Shown piece after piece: positions 30,298 through 32,000 of a DNA stretch of 32,000 nt. The stretch spans positions 22,067-54,066 of the forward strand of contig CAVSXR010000021.1 in the NCBI GenBank assembly GCA_963731885.1, read 5' to 3'. How positions within the stretch are numbered: position 1 is the first letter of the stretch; every line of letters starts with the position of its first letter. The notes under the pieces were generated by a model that saw only the letters and a program-made list of their open reading frames with translations, ran no database searches and was not told where the DNA came from. The DNA is from an uncultured Acidimicrobiaceae bacterium (GTDB lineage: Bacteria > Actinomycetota > Acidimicrobiia > Acidimicrobiales > Salinilacustritrichaceae). Both the position numbers and the translations under genes were made by a program.

Positions 30298-32000
30298 TCA
30301 CGCCCCCGGCTCGGCCTCGACGACGAGCAGGCAGCGGCAACCCGGATGCGCCTGGGGGCACTCGTCGCCGGTGGGGAACGGCTCGCCCTTGGTGACCGCG
30401 CCGGCGAGAGCGTTGTCCTCGGCATCGGGACAGGGGCCCTGCTCGGGGTCGATGGTCCAGCGCAGCCTGGACCCCTCGGGCGCAGCCTGGTGCTGGCCGC
30501 GGGCGTACGCCGACAGGAGCGAGTCGGAGGCGAGGGCGCCGATGTGCTCGACCTTCCACTCGCGGTAGAGAGCACGGAGCCGCTCGTCGAGCGCGTCGGC
30601 GTCGCCGTCGACCTCGGTGGCGCTGCGCTCGATCCGGCGGCGGAAGGGTTCGACCAACGCGGTGCCCAACTCCTCGGCCAAGGCGGAGACGTCGACCTCC
30701 ACGCTGTCGTCGACCAGCGCGGCACCCGCCGCCGCGGCGGCGGCCAGCTCGACCGCGGCCACGGCGGCATAGCCGGCGACGTGGGCGTCGGCCGGCGGGA
30801 GCAGGTCGGCGAGATCGGTGGACTCCGAGCGCCGCAACGCATCGAGGACGACGTTCTGCTCATCGGCGAGGTGACGCTTGAGGGCGCGGGTCAGGGCCTT
30901 GTCGAGTCGATTGAGCACCGCGGCACGCGCCTTCCGGGACTCCTCGTCGGCCAGCAGCTCGGCCGGCACGTGGTCGAACCCGGCCGCATCTCCGGTGTCC
31001 TCCGACGCGGCCTCGGCCGTCTCGGACTCGTCGGTGTCGTCCGTGTCGTCCGTGGCCGCGTCTGCCTCGGGCTCGCCGGCATCGTCGGCGTCGGCGCCGG
31101 CCAGCACCTGCTGGGCCCGCGCCACCGAGTCGGCGCGGTCGGCGCGGATCTTGGCGAAGAGGGCATCGACGTCGGGGTGCTCGTCGTCGGTGGCCGGCTC
31201 GGAGTCGCCGGGCTCCAACTCGTCGTCAGGCTCGGACTCGTCGGCGGGGGCGGACTCGTCGGACTCGTCGGCCGGGGCGCTCTCGTCATCTCCGGCGGCG
31301 ACGTCGTCGCCGGCCTCGCTGGCGTCGCCGTCGTGCTCGTCCTCGGCGTCGTCGTGGTCATCGATGCCGGAGATGACGATGCCGGCGAAGCCGTCGTCGA
31401 GCAGCGGATCGTGGCCCGACGACGCCGTCTCGAGCAGGCCGACCTCGAGCTTGGCGGTGATCTCGTCGATGTTCGCTCGCACCGCGGCGTAGGCGTCGAG
31501 GAGCTGATCCCGCCCGGCCGCCAAGCGCTCGACCTGGGACCGACCCAGGTCACGACGACGCTGGAGGTCCTCGAGGATGCGGGTGCGGACGTCCTTGGCC
31601 TCGGCGAGCATGGCCCGACCCTCGTCCTTGGCCTCCTCGATGATGCGTTCCTTCTCCTCGGCGGCCTCGCGACGGAGATCGGCGGCGGCGGCGGTGAGCG
31701 CCTCGGCGTCCTCCCGGGCCTCGGCGATCACCCGCTCGGCTTCCTCGGCCGCGTTCTCCGTGATGCGGGCGGCCTGGGCCTCGGCTTCCGCGACCGCAAC
31801 GTCGCGCGCCCCGGCCGCCTCGGCCGACAGCAGGGCCGCATCCGTCTCGGCGGTGGCGATGAGATCGGCGGCCTCGGCCGTGGACTCGCGGATGACGCGG
31901 GCCGCCGACTCCTCGGCCTTGGTCCGGATGTCGGTCGCCGCCTTGCGCGCCGTCGACAACACGTGCACCGTCTCCTCGCCCACCAAGCGCACGAGATCGT
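30298..32000 (-). CDS. Coiled-coil (DivIVA-associated-type Ala/Glu repeats) protein with an acidic linker and a Cys/His C-terminal domain; 5' end outside the window
   Basis: The frame is open to the window edge. The Ala/Glu-rich stretch runs ..AEESAARVIRESTAEAADLI...AEEAERVIAEAREDAEAL...EEKERIIEEAKDEGRAMLAEAKDVR.. . An Asp/Glu-rich segment is encoded at about 30980-31400. The C-terminus is ..RLRWTIDPEQGPCPDAEDNALAG..GEPFPTGDECPQAHPGCRCLLV. Confidence 0.7.
   Translation of the reverse strand, partial: DLVRLVGEETVHVLSTARKAATDIRTKAEESAARVIRESTAEAADLIATAETDAALLSAEAAGARDVAVAEAEAQAARITENAAEEAERVIAEAREDAEALTAAAADLRREAAEEKERIIEEAKDEGRAMLAEAKDVRTRILEDLQRRRDLGRSQVERLAAGRDQLLDAYAAVRANIDEITAKLEVGLLETASSGHDPLLDDGFAGIVISGIDDHDDAEDEHDGDASEAGDDVAAGDDESAPADESDESAPADESEPDDELEPGDSEPATDDEHPDVDALFAKIRADRADSVARAQQVLAGADADDAGEPEADAATDDTDDTDESETAEAASEDTGDAAGFDHVPAELLADEESRKARAAVLNRLDKALTRALKRHLADEQNVVLDALRRSESTDLADLLPPADAHVAGYAAVAAVELAAAAAAGAALVDDSVEVDVSALAEELGTALVEPFRRRIERSATEVDGDADALDERLRALYREWKVEHIGALASDSLLSAYARGQHQAAPEGSRLRWTIDPEQGPCPDAEDNALAGAVTKGEPFPTGDECPQAHPGCRCLLVVEAEPGA

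Noticed and set aside
27864-30395. 843-aa plus-strand ORF
   Set aside because: It is antisense to the UPF0182 gene. It has low-complexity Gly/Arg/Asp/Val composition and no recognisable motif.
30980-31400. Repetitive GC-rich tract as a CRISPR array or non-coding tandem repeat
   Set aside because: The repeats are short and imperfect, and they lie in frame within a long ORF, encoding an Asp/Glu/Ala-rich linker. There is no repeat-spacer periodicity.

Overview
High-GC (about 70%) actinobacterial-type chromosomal segment. All coordinates are anchored on the supplied ORF track.

The dominant structure is an integration hotspot at an initiator-type tRNA-fMet gene (22050-22126, minus strand). The 3' 45 nt of this tRNA occur three times: a decayed copy at 5603-5647, a perfect copy at 13765-13809, and the copy inside the intact gene at 22050-22094. 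These repeats delimit a tandem array of related tyrosine-integrase islands.

- **Inner island (about 13.8-22.05 kb).** It has an intact integrase. Its cargo includes a HigB/HigA pair, a wHTH-nucleotidyltransferase with a truncated HEPN partner, DUF1841-like and DUF3024-like genes, and several genes of unknown function. A repeated arm sequence suggests it is itself a composite of two islands.
- **Outer island (about 5.65-13.76 kb).** It has only a 5'-truncated, twice-frameshifted integrase. It carries an eight-gene, start/stop-overlapping operon for a group-3b-type (beta/gamma/delta/alpha) [NiFe]-hydrogenase. Gene order is DMT transporter, unknown protein, beta subunit, stand-alone cNMP-binding protein, gamma subunit, an in-frame fused small+large subunit, maturation endopeptidase, HypC.
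- **Left flank.** TetR-like fragment, GGDEF-RHH fusion protein, MocR regulator divergent from a branched-chain aminotransferase, an enoyl-CoA hydratase remnant, and a ClC channel-MarR operon.
- **Right flank.** Two hypothetical genes, a VOC-family protein, a metallophosphoesterase, a small coiled-coil protein, a UPF0182 membrane protein, and a partial coiled-coil protein with a Mu-F-like Cys/His C-terminus.

No rRNA or CRISPR array was seen. Many long ORFs in the track are antisense or alternative-frame artefacts of the high GC content.
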